Origin: Planctomycetales bacterium
Lineage (GTDB): Bacteria; 4484-113; JAFGCY01
Reading direction: 5' to 3'
DNA length: 32,000 bases
Assembly: GCA_022646745.1 (NCBI GenBank)
Contig: CP060262.1
Coordinates: forward strand, 2,310,001-2,342,000
In this document: positions 17,262-25,103 of the stretch, in pieces
Layout: each line of letters begins with the position of its first letter
How positions within the stretch are numbered: position 1 is the first letter of the stretch
Made by a program: the position numbers and the translations under genes
The notes under the pieces: generated by a model
The model's database searches: none
What the model was told of the DNA's origin: nothing
The model's input: the letters and a program-made list of their open reading frames with translations, nothing else

Positions 17262-20200
17262 ATGCGTCTTCTGCGCCAGTGCTGTACCGCCTTCGTCCTC
17301 TTGACCGCCATGCTCGCTTCCGCCCGCCCGGCACTTGCCCTGCGCGAGGCCCAGAGCATCACCACCCCCGCCGTGAGCGCCGACGGCCAAACCGTCTACT
17401 TCGCCTGCTGGGGGGACATCTGGAGCGCGCCGACCGACGGCAGCCAGCCGGCTAGGCGCCTGACGGACAACATGTTCGAGGACCAGCGCCCGGTGATCTC
17501 GCCGGATGGCAAGACCCTGGCCTTCATGTCCAACCGCTTCGGCAACTACGACATCTTCACCATGCCGGTCAGCGGCGGGCAGGCCACGCGCCTGACCTTC
17601 AGTGACGGCTGGGATTACCCCTACGACTGGAACAGGGATGGCACGGCGGTGCTGGAGTACTCCAACCGCCAGGACCTGTGGGGCATCTGCCTGTATGAGG
17701 TCCCGCTGGACGGCAGCCAGCCGGTGCGCGTGACCGGCCCGGACCACGATGACAACGTGTTCGGCTGCTACCTCGGCGACGACCAGCACCTGGTCTACAC
17801 CCGCGGCCCCGGCGACTGGGCGCGAAAGGACCACCACGGTTCCGACAACTACGACCTGTACATGTTTGAACGTGCGACGGGCAAGCACACCCAGCTGACT
17901 GACTACGACGGCACCGACCTCTGGCCGCAGCCCGGCCCCGGCGGCAAGTCGATCTACTTCGTCAGCGACCGCGACGGCACGGAGAACATCTGGGAGATGA
18001 AGCTGCCCGGCCGCGAGCTGCGCCAGCTGACGCATTACAAGGGAGACGGCCCGCGCTGGATCCGTGTCAGCTCCGATGGCGACCAGATCGCCGCCGAGGT
18101 GTTCGGCGAGCTGCACCTCATCAGCACCGCCGACGGCAGCACGCGCAAGCTGGACATCCACTTCACCGACGACCCGAAGCATGAGATGCGCGCCACGCTG
18201 GACCGCCGCAATGAGGTCAGCGAGTTCGCGCTGTCCCCGAATGGCAACTACTACGCCTGCGTGGTGTTCGGCGACATCCACATCCTCAAGAATCCCGACA
18301 AGTACAAGGAGGATGAGAAGCCGGACCAGGACCTGTCGCGCACCTTCCCGGTGGTGGCAACAGCCGGCCGTGAATGGCAGGTGCGCTGGCATCCCGAGGG
18401 CAAGAAGATCGCCTACATCTCGGACCGCGACGGGCAGTACGACGTGTACACCTTCGACCTCGTCACGCAGGAGGAGACCAGGATCACGAATACTCCGCAG
18501 GAGGAGTGGTACCCGCAGTTCGCCCCGCATGGCAACGTGCTGGCCTACTACAGTGGCAACGACAGCATCATGCTCAATGACCTGGACGGTGGCGGCGAGC
18601 GCGAGCTGTTCCGCGGCCATGTGCGCCTCGGGCCCTGGAACCTCGGCTTCAACTGGTCGCCGGATGCGAAGTGGATGCTCGTGATGGCCAGCACCCTGCG
18701 CTATGAGTCAGACGCGCTGCTGGTGAACGTGGAAAGCGGCGAGGTTACGAACGTCACCCGCACGCCGGACTACGAGGACACGGCGATCTTCTCGCCGGAC
18801 GGCAAGTACCTCAGCTGGGGTGCGGAGACGCAGAACGGCGAGGACCTGATGCTGCTGGAGCTGGCGGCCGAAGCGAAGACCTACGACACACAGCTGCTCT
18901 TCCCGGATGACATGCCGAAGCCTGAGAAGGAAGAGGACGAGGCAAAGGACAAGGACGGGAAGTCCGATGATGCCGCCGCCGATGAAGCTGGCAAGGATGG
19001 CGAGGACGAAGCCAAGGGCGACGACGGGAAGCAGGATGATGAAAAGAAGGATGAGGTCGAACCGATCAAGATCGACCTCACGCGCATCGAGACCCGCGCC
19101 CGCAACATCGCGAACCTGCCCGGCAATGCCTACCCGGTGCTGTGGAGCCCGGACAGCAGCTTCCTCGTGTTCTACAGCGACCATACCGGCGACCCGACAC
19201 TTTATACATATGGAGTCGACGAAGGCGACGTGCAGGAGCTGGGCAGCGCGGCCGTAGTGGGCTACGGCGCATTCCAGCAGGACGGCAAGCGCCTGCATTT
19301 CCTGCGCGGCGGCACCCTGTCCTACATGGACATGCGCGGCCGCAGTGCCGCTGGTGGCGGCGCGGTGCCGGCCACGGCTCGCTCCGAATACGATACGCAT
19401 GAGCTCTGGCAGCAGCTGCTGTATGAGGGCTGGCGCTCCCTGCGTGATTCCTTCTACGACGAGGACATGCTCGGAGTGGACTGGGACGAGGTCTACAAGC
19501 GCTACTCCGCTAAGGTGCCAGAGCTGGGCACCCGCAATGAATTCAACACCCTGATGCGTTCCATGCTCGGCGAGCTGAGTGCCTCGCACCTTGGCTTCTT
19601 CGGTAATGGCGATGAGGAGGCCCCGCCCGCTGACACGACTGCCAGCCTCGGCGTGTGGTTCGAGGACCATTACGACGGTCCGGGCTGGAAGGTCAGCGAG
19701 GTGATCATGGATGGCCCGGCGGAGATTCCCGGCCAGGAGCTGCAGGTCGGCGATGTGATCCTGTCACTTGACGGCGAAAAGCTCGCGCCACGCACCAACT
19801 GGTATCGCATACTGCGCAACCGCACTGACCGGCCGGTGGTGCTAGGCGTGCAGCGCGAAGGCGAGGATGAGCCGCTCGAGATCACGATGCAGCCGGTGCC
19901 GCAGGGCAGCCTCGGCCAGCGTGAGTACCTGCAGTGGGTCGACGAGAACCGCCAGCACGTGGAGGACGCCACCGGCGGCCGGGTGGGCTACATGCACATC
20001 CAGTCCATGAACGGCTCCAGCCTGGCGAAGTTCCGCCGCGAGCTGTTCGCGATGAACCTCGACCGGGATGCGCTGATCATCGACGTGCGCTTCAACGGCG
20101 GCGGCAACATCCACGACGAACTGGTGGACCTGCTGGACCGGCGCATGTTCTGCTATAGCGGCCATCGCGGGCAGGATCGGATTCCGCAGCCCACCTTGAT

Positions 20201-20531
20201 GTGGCATGGGCCGATCGTGGTGCTGATGAACTCCTCATCCTTCAGCGATGCGGAGATCTTCCCGCACATCATGAAGGAGCTGGACCTGGCCACGCTCGTC
20301 GGCGAAGCGACCGGCGGAAACGTGATCGGGACCTACAACTTCCCGCTGCTGGATGGCAGCACCTTCCGCCTGAATACCTGGGGCTGGTGGCTGCCGGACG
20401 GCACGGATATGGAGGGCAACGGCGCCCAGCCTGACATCGAAGTGGAGATAGATCCTGAAATCGCCGCGCACGGTGGTGACAACCAGCTGGACAAGGCGAT
20501 AGAGTATTTAACAGATACACTCAACCGGTAG
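17262..20531 (+). CDS. Tricorn-type protease paralog B, full length, with N-terminal signal peptide
   Basis: 1089-aa ORF. AGGAG lies 9 nt upstream of the ATG. Signal-like N-terminus MRLLRQCCTAFVLLTAMLASARPALA. Propeller SPDG/SDRDG repeats. PDZ-like GDVILSLDGEKL. S41 motifs DVRFNGGGN, SSFSDAEIF (Ser codon 20244-20246) and EATGGN. Collinear with paralog A throughout. Confidence 0.9.
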   Translation: MRLLRQCCTAFVLLTAMLASARPALALREAQSITTPAVSADGQTVYFACWGDIWSAPTDGSQPARRLTDNMFEDQRPVISPDGKTLAFMSNRFGNYDIFTMPVSGGQATRLTFSDGWDYPYDWNRDGTAVLEYSNRQDLWGICLYEVPLDGSQPVRVTGPDHDDNVFGCYLGDDQHLVYTRGPGDWARKDHHGSDNYDLYMFERATGKHTQLTDYDGTDLWPQPGPGGKSIYFVSDRDGTENIWEMKLPGRELRQLTHYKGDGPRWIRVSSDGDQIAAEVFGELHLISTADGSTRKLDIHFTDDPKHEMRATLDRRNEVSEFALSPNGNYYACVVFGDIHILKNPDKYKEDEKPDQDLSRTFPVVATAGREWQVRWHPEGKKIAYISDRDGQYDVYTFDLVTQEETRITNTPQEEWYPQFAPHGNVLAYYSGNDSIMLNDLDGGGERELFRGHVRLGPWNLGFNWSPDAKWMLVMASTLRYESDALLVNVESGEVTNVTRTPDYEDTAIFSPDGKYLSWGAETQNGEDLMLLELAAEAKTYDTQLLFPDDMPKPEKEEDEAKDKDGKSDDAAADEAGKDGEDEAKGDDGKQDDEKKDEVEPIKIDLTRIETRARNIANLPGNAYPVLWSPDSSFLVFYSDHTGDPTLYTYGVDEGDVQELGSAAVVGYGAFQQDGKRLHFLRGGTLSYMDMRGRSAAGGGAVPATARSEYDTHELWQQLLYEGWRSLRDSFYDEDMLGVDWDEVYKRYSAKVPELGTRNEFNTLMRSMLGELSASHLGFFGNGDEEAPPADTTASLGVWFEDHYDGPGWKVSEVIMDGPAEIPGQELQVGDVILSLDGEKLAPRTNWYRILRNRTDRPVVLGVQREGEDEPLEITMQPVPQGSLGQREYLQWVDENRQHVEDATGGRVGYMHIQSMNGSSLAKFRRELFAMNLDRDALIIDVRFNGGGNIHDELVDLLDRRMFCYSGHRGQDRIPQPTLMWHGPIVVLMNSSSFSDAEIFPHIMKELDLATLVGEATGGNVIGTYNFPLLDGSTFRLNTWGWWLPDGTDMEGNGAQPDIEVEIDPEIAAHGGDNQLDKAIEYLTDTLNR
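20488..20506 (+). repeat. Left copy of 19-nt imperfect direct repeat (att-like), inside the last codons of tricorn paralog B
   Basis: TGGACAAGGCGATAGAGTA versus TGGAGAAGGCGATAGAATA at 21962-21980: 17/19 identical, with an 11-nt perfect core AAGGCGATAGA. Confidence 0.7.
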
Positions 20532-20609
20532 CTGACCTCGAACCCATCAGCATGCGCGTTCACGACGATATGCGGCAGCAGCTCGAACAGGATTTCGGCC
20601 AGCTCCTTT

Positions 20610-20960
20610 GTGTGGCCGCGGTCCCACAGCTTGCGGATTATATCGGCGCACACACTGCTGGAAGCCGCGGTAGGTGAAGTGCTGGACAGCAGGTCCAGCT
20701 ATGACGGCTCAGCAGGCACGGATCACACCGGCATGCAGATGGCGCTTGAGCTGTATCGCGCGACCTACGGGCATGTGCAGTTCAACGACCCAGCGAGCGG
20801 GTACGTGCTGCTGGCCTGCCTAAAGATGGCCCGTGCGCTGATCGCTGCGAAGCGCGGCGAGTTCCACACGGACAGTGTGCTCGACCTGGCGGGCTACGTG
20901 AAGCTGGCTACAGATTGTCGGCAGAAGGATCTTTCAGGCCCGGAACAATCTGAGCACTGA
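20610..20960 (+). CDS. Small phage-associated protein (DUF6378-like)
   Basis: 116-aa ORF with a GTG start. The segment YGHVQFNDPASGYVLLACLKMARALIAAKRGEFHTDSVLDLAGYVKLATDC resembles the conserved core I recall for small phage proteins (YG..nf..ia.....l...dv..mm.llKlaR......h.DS..DlaGYa.c). The start is uncertain. The 3-prime end overlaps the convergent gene by 53 nt. Confidence 0.4.
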   Translation: MWPRSHSLRIISAHTLLEAAVGEVLDSRSSYDGSAGTDHTGMQMALELYRATYGHVQFNDPASGYVLLACLKMARALIAAKRGEFHTDSVLDLAGYVKLATDCRQKDLSGPEQSEH

Positions 20961-21795
20961 TCTTCTTTGTACGGCCGGCAGCATAACTATCCGATGAAAC
21001 CACCGAGCGGCCAAGTCTCTGTTGGATTGCTTCGCGAGCAGTGCCGGCAACCCGACCGCCATCTATAGCGGCTGACATGTTTTCATCGAATCCCATGGCA
21101 TCCCGGACTTCTGCGATCTCTTGAGTTGAGCGTTCCGCCAGCATGGTCAAGATGACTTCCATCTCTGTCATGTTGTTGCGAAGGCTCTCTTTCTTGCCAA
21201 GGCCTTTCAAGGACTTGTGTTCGGCCGGCGTACGGCCGAACGTATGAAGATGGTTCGCCGCTGTCAGGTTGGCGTATTCCTTGCCGTGTGTGATGCCGCG
21301 CTCTTTCCACATGTCCGTCAGGGCCTTGCGCTCGAGTATTCCTTTAACCCTTGCGTTGATCCAGCTGTCCTCGCGGCCCTGCGCCTTGAAGCGCAGTATG
21401 CCTCGCTTGATGGCGATTGTCGGGTCCTGATCCTCCTGGATCCGCTCGTATCCGACCTTTGCAAGCCACCGCTTGAAAGGCTCGGCCTTGGGGGACGGGA
21501 TGGACTGCACGATTCTGAGGATGCCTTCAGGGTCCGCTGCTTCCATTGCGTACTCTTTCCCGTTGGGGGCCAAGAATTTCAACCTTTCCCAATTTGGGAA
21601 ACGTTGCTTTTCCCGGGCCTTCATCTTGCCCCAGTAGCTCGCGGCGTTATCGGTTTCCGCGAGACACTTAACTACATCAACGATACACAAGTACCACTTC
21701 CCGTTGTGGAAGATGCGACGAATCTCGTTTTCACCAAACAGGGTCGGGCTGAATTCGCCTTCCGGAATCAACCCACCGATCGGCTGCTTTGTCAT
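20908..21795 (-). CDS. Bro-N domain / DinD-like (DNA-damage-inducible protein D family) protein
   Basis: FGENEIRRIFHNGKWYLCIVDVVKCLAETDNAASYWGKMK and IVQSIPSPKAEPFKRWLAKVGYERIQE are characteristic of Bro-N proteins. The C-terminal half resembles the DinD family. I prefer the ATG at 21795 (MTKQP, preceded by GGAGAG 8 nt upstream) over the track start at 21864, whose extra 23 residues look non-coding. Confidence 0.75.
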   Translation of the reverse strand: MTKQPIGGLIPEGEFSPTLFGENEIRRIFHNGKWYLCIVDVVKCLAETDNAASYWGKMKAREKQRFPNWERLKFLAPNGKEYAMEAADPEGILRIVQSIPSPKAEPFKRWLAKVGYERIQEDQDPTIAIKRGILRFKAQGREDSWINARVKGILERKALTDMWKERGITHGKEYANLTAANHLHTFGRTPAEHKSLKGLGKKESLRNNMTEMEVILTMLAERSTQEIAEVRDAMGFDENMSAAIDGGRVAGTAREAIQQRLGRSVVSSDSYAAGRTKKISAQIVPGLKDPSADNL

Positions 21796-21934
21796 AGGCC
21801 TTGCTCTCCAATGGTTACTATACCTTTGACAAGCATAACATGGATCCGGAAAGAGTGTTGGCAAATATAAGGAGTGTTAACAGATTGTTGGCACCGTCTC
21901 GCTCTACCCTTCCATCCATCCATCACCGGCACGA

Positions 21935-21957
21935 ATATTTTGCGAGGTGCAAAATAT
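21935..21957. repeat. Perfect 9-bp inverted repeat with 5-nt spacer
   Basis: ATATTTTGC-GAGGT-GCAAAATAT. AT-rich, 4 nt from the right att-like repeat, in the region upstream of the minus-strand Bro-N gene. Confidence 0.6.
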
Positions 21958-21960
21958 GGG

Positions 21961-22008
21961 TTGGAGAAGGCGATAGAATACCTTGTCGGCCAGTTGCTGG
22001 GCGACTAG
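21961..22008 (+). pseudogene. Relic of the original 3-prime end of tricorn paralog B (displaced by the insertion)
   Basis: Translates as LEKAIEYLVGQLLGD-stop. Compare the current gene end QLDKAIEYLTDTLNR-stop and the paralog A end QLEVAVRTLIEQLGDDSAH-stop. The relic tail is GC-rich like the host. The tail now in use (tatttaacagatacactcaaccgg) is AT-rich like the insert. Confidence 0.5.
21962..21980 (+). repeat. Right copy of the 19-nt imperfect direct repeat (att-like)
   Basis: See the left copy at 20488-20506. Confidence 0.7.
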
Positions 22009-22134
22009 AGGAAGAGGCATTCAATCCTGTTCAAATGGCTATTCCGGCTGGGCCGGGATATTTAACTTGCCTGCCGGGCATAACGAATAGGAATTGAGTG
22101 AAGTCCGGGGCGTCATTCCCCGGTCAAGGCAACT

Positions 22135-23163
22135 ATGGATAGTCGCATACGTGAAATTGAGCAGTGGCTTGACGAGGCAAAGAACGACCTCCAGGACGGT
22201 GGTCGCGAAGCTTACCTCCGCAAGCTGTATCTGCTGGATGCTGAGATCCGGGCGGTGATCAAGGAAAACGATCCGCTGCCCGAGATGCAGGCATCCGCGG
22301 GGCGCCGCGCTCCCCGGGCAATCAGCTTGCCCGTGGCCGTGGCCGGGATCGCCGCGTTCGTGGTGATCGGCTCCGCCATAGTGCTGGGACAGGGTGCCAT
22401 CACCGGCAACCTGCGCAGTGCGGGCTTCACGGGCGACGTCGCTTCCAGCAACCTGGACAGCGAACTTACCATGGCCAGCCTGAACCGATTCCCGCAGGGC
22501 GAGGAACTTATCACGCTCGATGAACTGGATCCTGCCCAGCAGGCCCCAATGTTCACCGGCTTTGACAAGGACCGCGTCCTGGCCGCTCTGTCATCTGAGG
22601 ACTTCAGTCCGGACAGCGCGGTCACCCCGCTGGAGAATGCCAGCCTGCTGGTTTCCAATGCAGGTCAGCCCGCCGCCGGCCAGCCCCACAAGGGCCCCGT
22701 CGGTGACATCGGTGATGAACCCCGTCCGGTCTATTCACCGTCCAAGGGCAATAATGGCTCCAATAGCGGAATCGAGGTCCATATGGCAATGGCCCGCCAG
22801 ACCCAGGACGCCACGGCGATCCAGGTCCCGGCCAGCCCCGCCATCCCGATGGGCCAGCCGACCCTGTCTTCACTCTCCCAGAATCCGGACAATCGCGCAC
22901 AGTCCGAACCTCTCGTCGACCAGGGCAGGTTTAATTTCCCTGACTGGTACAGCGATAGTTCTGGGGTGGATCCTTTAGGGTCCTCGTCCAACGCCAATGG
23001 GCGTTCCTCCGAGGTAAAGCTGACCGGCGGCACTTCAGGGACAAAGGCGAAGGACGGCCAGGTGGAGAAGAAGAAGATGGGTTTGGATCCTGAGGCACTT
23101 AAGAAAATTGCCAATACGGAACTGAACGCCGATAAGGAATCCAAGAAGAAAAAGGATTCCTGA
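22135..23163 (+). CDS. Hypothetical bitopic membrane protein (helical N-terminus, one TM helix, long low-complexity tail)
   Basis: 342-aa ORF with AAGG 5 nt upstream of the ATG. N-terminal amphipathic helix IREIEQWLDEAKNDL. TM segment ISLPVAVAGIAAFVVIGSAIVL. The remainder is Ser/Pro/Gly/Ala-rich and ends in a Lys-rich tail (KESKKKKDS). No family recognised. Confidence 0.6.
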   Translation: MDSRIREIEQWLDEAKNDLQDGGREAYLRKLYLLDAEIRAVIKENDPLPEMQASAGRRAPRAISLPVAVAGIAAFVVIGSAIVLGQGAITGNLRSAGFTGDVASSNLDSELTMASLNRFPQGEELITLDELDPAQQAPMFTGFDKDRVLAALSSEDFSPDSAVTPLENASLLVSNAGQPAAGQPHKGPVGDIGDEPRPVYSPSKGNNGSNSGIEVHMAMARQTQDATAIQVPASPAIPMGQPTLSSLSQNPDNRAQSEPLVDQGRFNFPDWYSDSSGVDPLGSSSNANGRSSEVKLTGGTSGTKAKDGQVEKKKMGLDPEALKKIANTELNADKESKKKKDS

Positions 23164-23210
23164 CTCTTCGTCTCCCTCTATTATCCCCAGTGGTAAAGAG
23201 AGAAGGCGGT

Positions 23211-25061
23211 ATGGTACAGGCGGCAAACACTGTTGATAGGTTGTTGACAACACTCGTCGTGCTTGTCTGCATCCTGCCTGCGGCGGCATATGCCCAGGCC
23301 GACAGCACACAGATAAACTTCAGCATCAGCCCCAATGAGCTGCCGAGCGTGCAGGTCAACCAGGCTGAGGATGGCATCGAGATCCGCAGCGTCCGCGTGG
23401 AGGGTCTCGAGTACCTCGACGAGTCGACGGTGATCACCGGCCTGACGATCAAGGCCGGCGACATCCTCGTTGGCAACGTCACCGCCAAGCTCAACGCCGC
23501 TTCCGAAGCTCTGTACAACACGGGCTGGTACCAGGAGAAGCCGCTGCTTGCGCTGGACAGCCAGGGCGAAGGCGCGGTGCTCAAGGTCACCGTGCATGAG
23601 AACCCGATCTACCAGGGCACCACGATCACCGGCAACACTCTGTTCTCCACCGGTCGCATCCTGCAGGAAGTGGAAGGCGGGCCGGATGGTGGCAACGGCC
23701 AGATGAAGCCCGGTGACGTGATTAACGTCCGCAGCCTGCAGCGTGCGATTGACGGCATCTCCCGCCTGTATGCGGACGCCGGGTACATCGCCGCCGGTGT
23801 CAACAACTTCAGCTTCTCCTACGCCGGAGCCGACGAGGGCATGGTGACCCTCGACATCTCAGAGGGCTTCGTGGAGGACATCATCATCGCGGGCCTCGAA
23901 GGCACGCGTGAGGATGTGGTGCGCAGCCAGATCACACACCTGCATGCCGGCAGCGTGCTGACCCAGGACGACATTTACCGCGACATCAACCAGATCTACA
24001 ACACCGGCCTGTTCGAGACCGTCGAGCCCGACATCGAGCAGTCCCTCAAGCCCGGTTACGTGCAGGTGATCCTCAACGTGACCGAGGCAGCTACCGGCCA
24101 GGTCGGCTTCGGCCTCGGCTACAGCACCATCAACGGCCTGCAGGGCAGTGTGAACTACAACGAGAAGAACCTGTTCGGCAGCGGCAAGGTGCTGGGTGCC
24201 ACGGTGGTGTTCTCGCGCAACAAGCCGGGCCTGCAGCTGACCTACAGCGACCCTTACTACAAGGACGATTCCTTCTACAGCGTAAGCCTGTACAGCCTGC
24301 ATGAGCGCCAGCAGGCCGCTCCGGGCAGTGCCTACGAGAGTGAGCTGGCGGTGGACACGCAGGGTGTGAGTCTTGGATACGGGCAGCACCTCAATGAATA
24401 CGACAGCTGGCAGTCCACCTTCACCATTGCGGATTACGACTACGAGGTCCGCAAGGGTGACCCCTTCCGCGGCACCGACCCGCGTACCCGTGCCCGCCTC
24501 AGTGCCAAGGGCCAGACCCGCAAGGTTGGCCTGTCCTACACCCACGACACCCGAGACAACATCTTCAGCACCCACCAGGGCATCTATGTGAAGCCCACCT
24601 GGGAAATCGCCGGCCTCGGAGGAGACTTCTCCTTCCAGAAGCAGAGCCTTGAGGCGCGTGAGTTCTTCAAGTTCGGCAGCGGCACGCTTGGTTTCCGCGA
24701 GCGCGTCGGCATGGGCAGCGGTGACATCCCGATCTACGAGCAGTGGCGACTGGGCGGCGTGCAGAGCGTGCGCGGTATCCCGGAGGACATGCTGCAGGGT
24801 ACACACCACCTGCTGCTCAACGGTGAATACCGCGTGCCCTTCAACGATACCGTCGGCGGCGTGGCATTCATGGACGCCGGCTGGGCTGGCAACGGCTTTG
24901 ACGAGATGGACAACGCGGTGAGTGCCGGACTCGGTGCCCGCATCAAGCTGTCCTTCCTCGGTGTCAACGCGGTGCGCCTCGACTACGCCTGGCAGATCGC
25001 CGGAGACAAGGAAGACCACGGCGGCAGCCGCTTCCACTTCTTCCTCGGCGAGATGTTCTAG
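23211..25061 (+). CDS. bamA: Outer membrane protein assembly factor BamA (Omp85 family), short form with three POTRA domains
   Basis: Signal peptide LLTTLVVLVCILPAAAYAQ. Three POTRA-like units (IEIRSVRVEGLEYLD..., IYQGTTITGNTLFS..., FVEDIIIAGLEGTRE...). Barrel motifs GFGLGYSTINGLQGSVNYNEKNLFGSG and RLGGVQSVRG. C-terminal Phe (LGEMF). Synteny with lpxD. ATG 23211 is preferred over GTG 23190 because of the purine-rich GAGAGAAGG just upstream. Confidence 0.85.
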   Translation: MVQAANTVDRLLTTLVVLVCILPAAAYAQADSTQINFSISPNELPSVQVNQAEDGIEIRSVRVEGLEYLDESTVITGLTIKAGDILVGNVTAKLNAASEALYNTGWYQEKPLLALDSQGEGAVLKVTVHENPIYQGTTITGNTLFSTGRILQEVEGGPDGGNGQMKPGDVINVRSLQRAIDGISRLYADAGYIAAGVNNFSFSYAGADEGMVTLDISEGFVEDIIIAGLEGTREDVVRSQITHLHAGSVLTQDDIYRDINQIYNTGLFETVEPDIEQSLKPGYVQVILNVTEAATGQVGFGLGYSTINGLQGSVNYNEKNLFGSGKVLGATVVFSRNKPGLQLTYSDPYYKDDSFYSVSLYSLHERQQAAPGSAYESELAVDTQGVSLGYGQHLNEYDSWQSTFTIADYDYEVRKGDPFRGTDPRTRARLSAKGQTRKVGLSYTHDTRDNIFSTHQGIYVKPTWEIAGLGGDFSFQKQSLEAREFFKFGSGTLGFRERVGMGSGDIPIYEQWRLGGVQSVRGIPEDMLQGTHHLLLNGEYRVPFNDTVGGVAFMDAGWAGNGFDEMDNAVSAGLGARIKLSFLGVNAVRLDYAWQIAGDKEDHGGSRFHFFLGEMF

Positions 25062-25103
25062 GCAGCGGACACGACTTACATACGGACGGAAGGCAGAGGA
25101 AGC

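Larger units (their letters stand above)
20488..21980. mobile_element. Putative remnant of an integrated (phage-like) element, about 1.47 kb, lower GC, no integrase in the window
   Basis: Bounded by the 19-nt direct repeats. Hand-counted GC is about 47-57% inside versus about 62-70% outside. It carries two phage-associated gene types. The original gene tail is duplicated at the right junction. Confidence 0.45.

Noticed and set aside
17226-18620. 464-aa ORF antisense to tricorn paralog B. Similar long antisense ORFs occur at 18708-19670, 6561-7631, 7671-8525, 8601-9365, 10571-11431, 1018-1797 and 2134-2907.
   Set aside because: These are typical shadow ORFs of high-GC DNA: Ala/Arg/Gly/Val/His-rich, with no motifs. 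Each is fully overlapped by a sense-strand gene with clear family signatures.
20333-20653. 106-aa minus-strand ORF whose first 40 residues (MCADIIRKLWDRGHTKELAEILFELLPHIVVNAH...) look protein-like.
   Set aside because: Most of it overlaps the well-supported 3-prime end of the tricorn gene in antisense, and the non-overlapping part is only about 120 nt. It could be a fragment of an element gene, but it cannot be supported.
21912-21923. (CCAT)x3 microsatellite in the Bro-N upstream region.
   Set aside because: Only three units. It is too short to argue for slippage-based regulation without population data.
20488-21980. An intact prophage or integrative element.
   Set aside because: It is only about 1.5 kb with two small genes. 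There is no integrase, excisionase, repressor or structural genes and no tRNA at the junction. It is reported only as a putative remnant.
23211-25061. TamA rather than BamA (three POTRA domains and about 600 aa fit TamA).
   Set aside because: No tamB-like giant gene follows, and the gene is in the canonical bamA-(skp slot)-lpxD context. Kept as BamA, but a phylogeny is needed.
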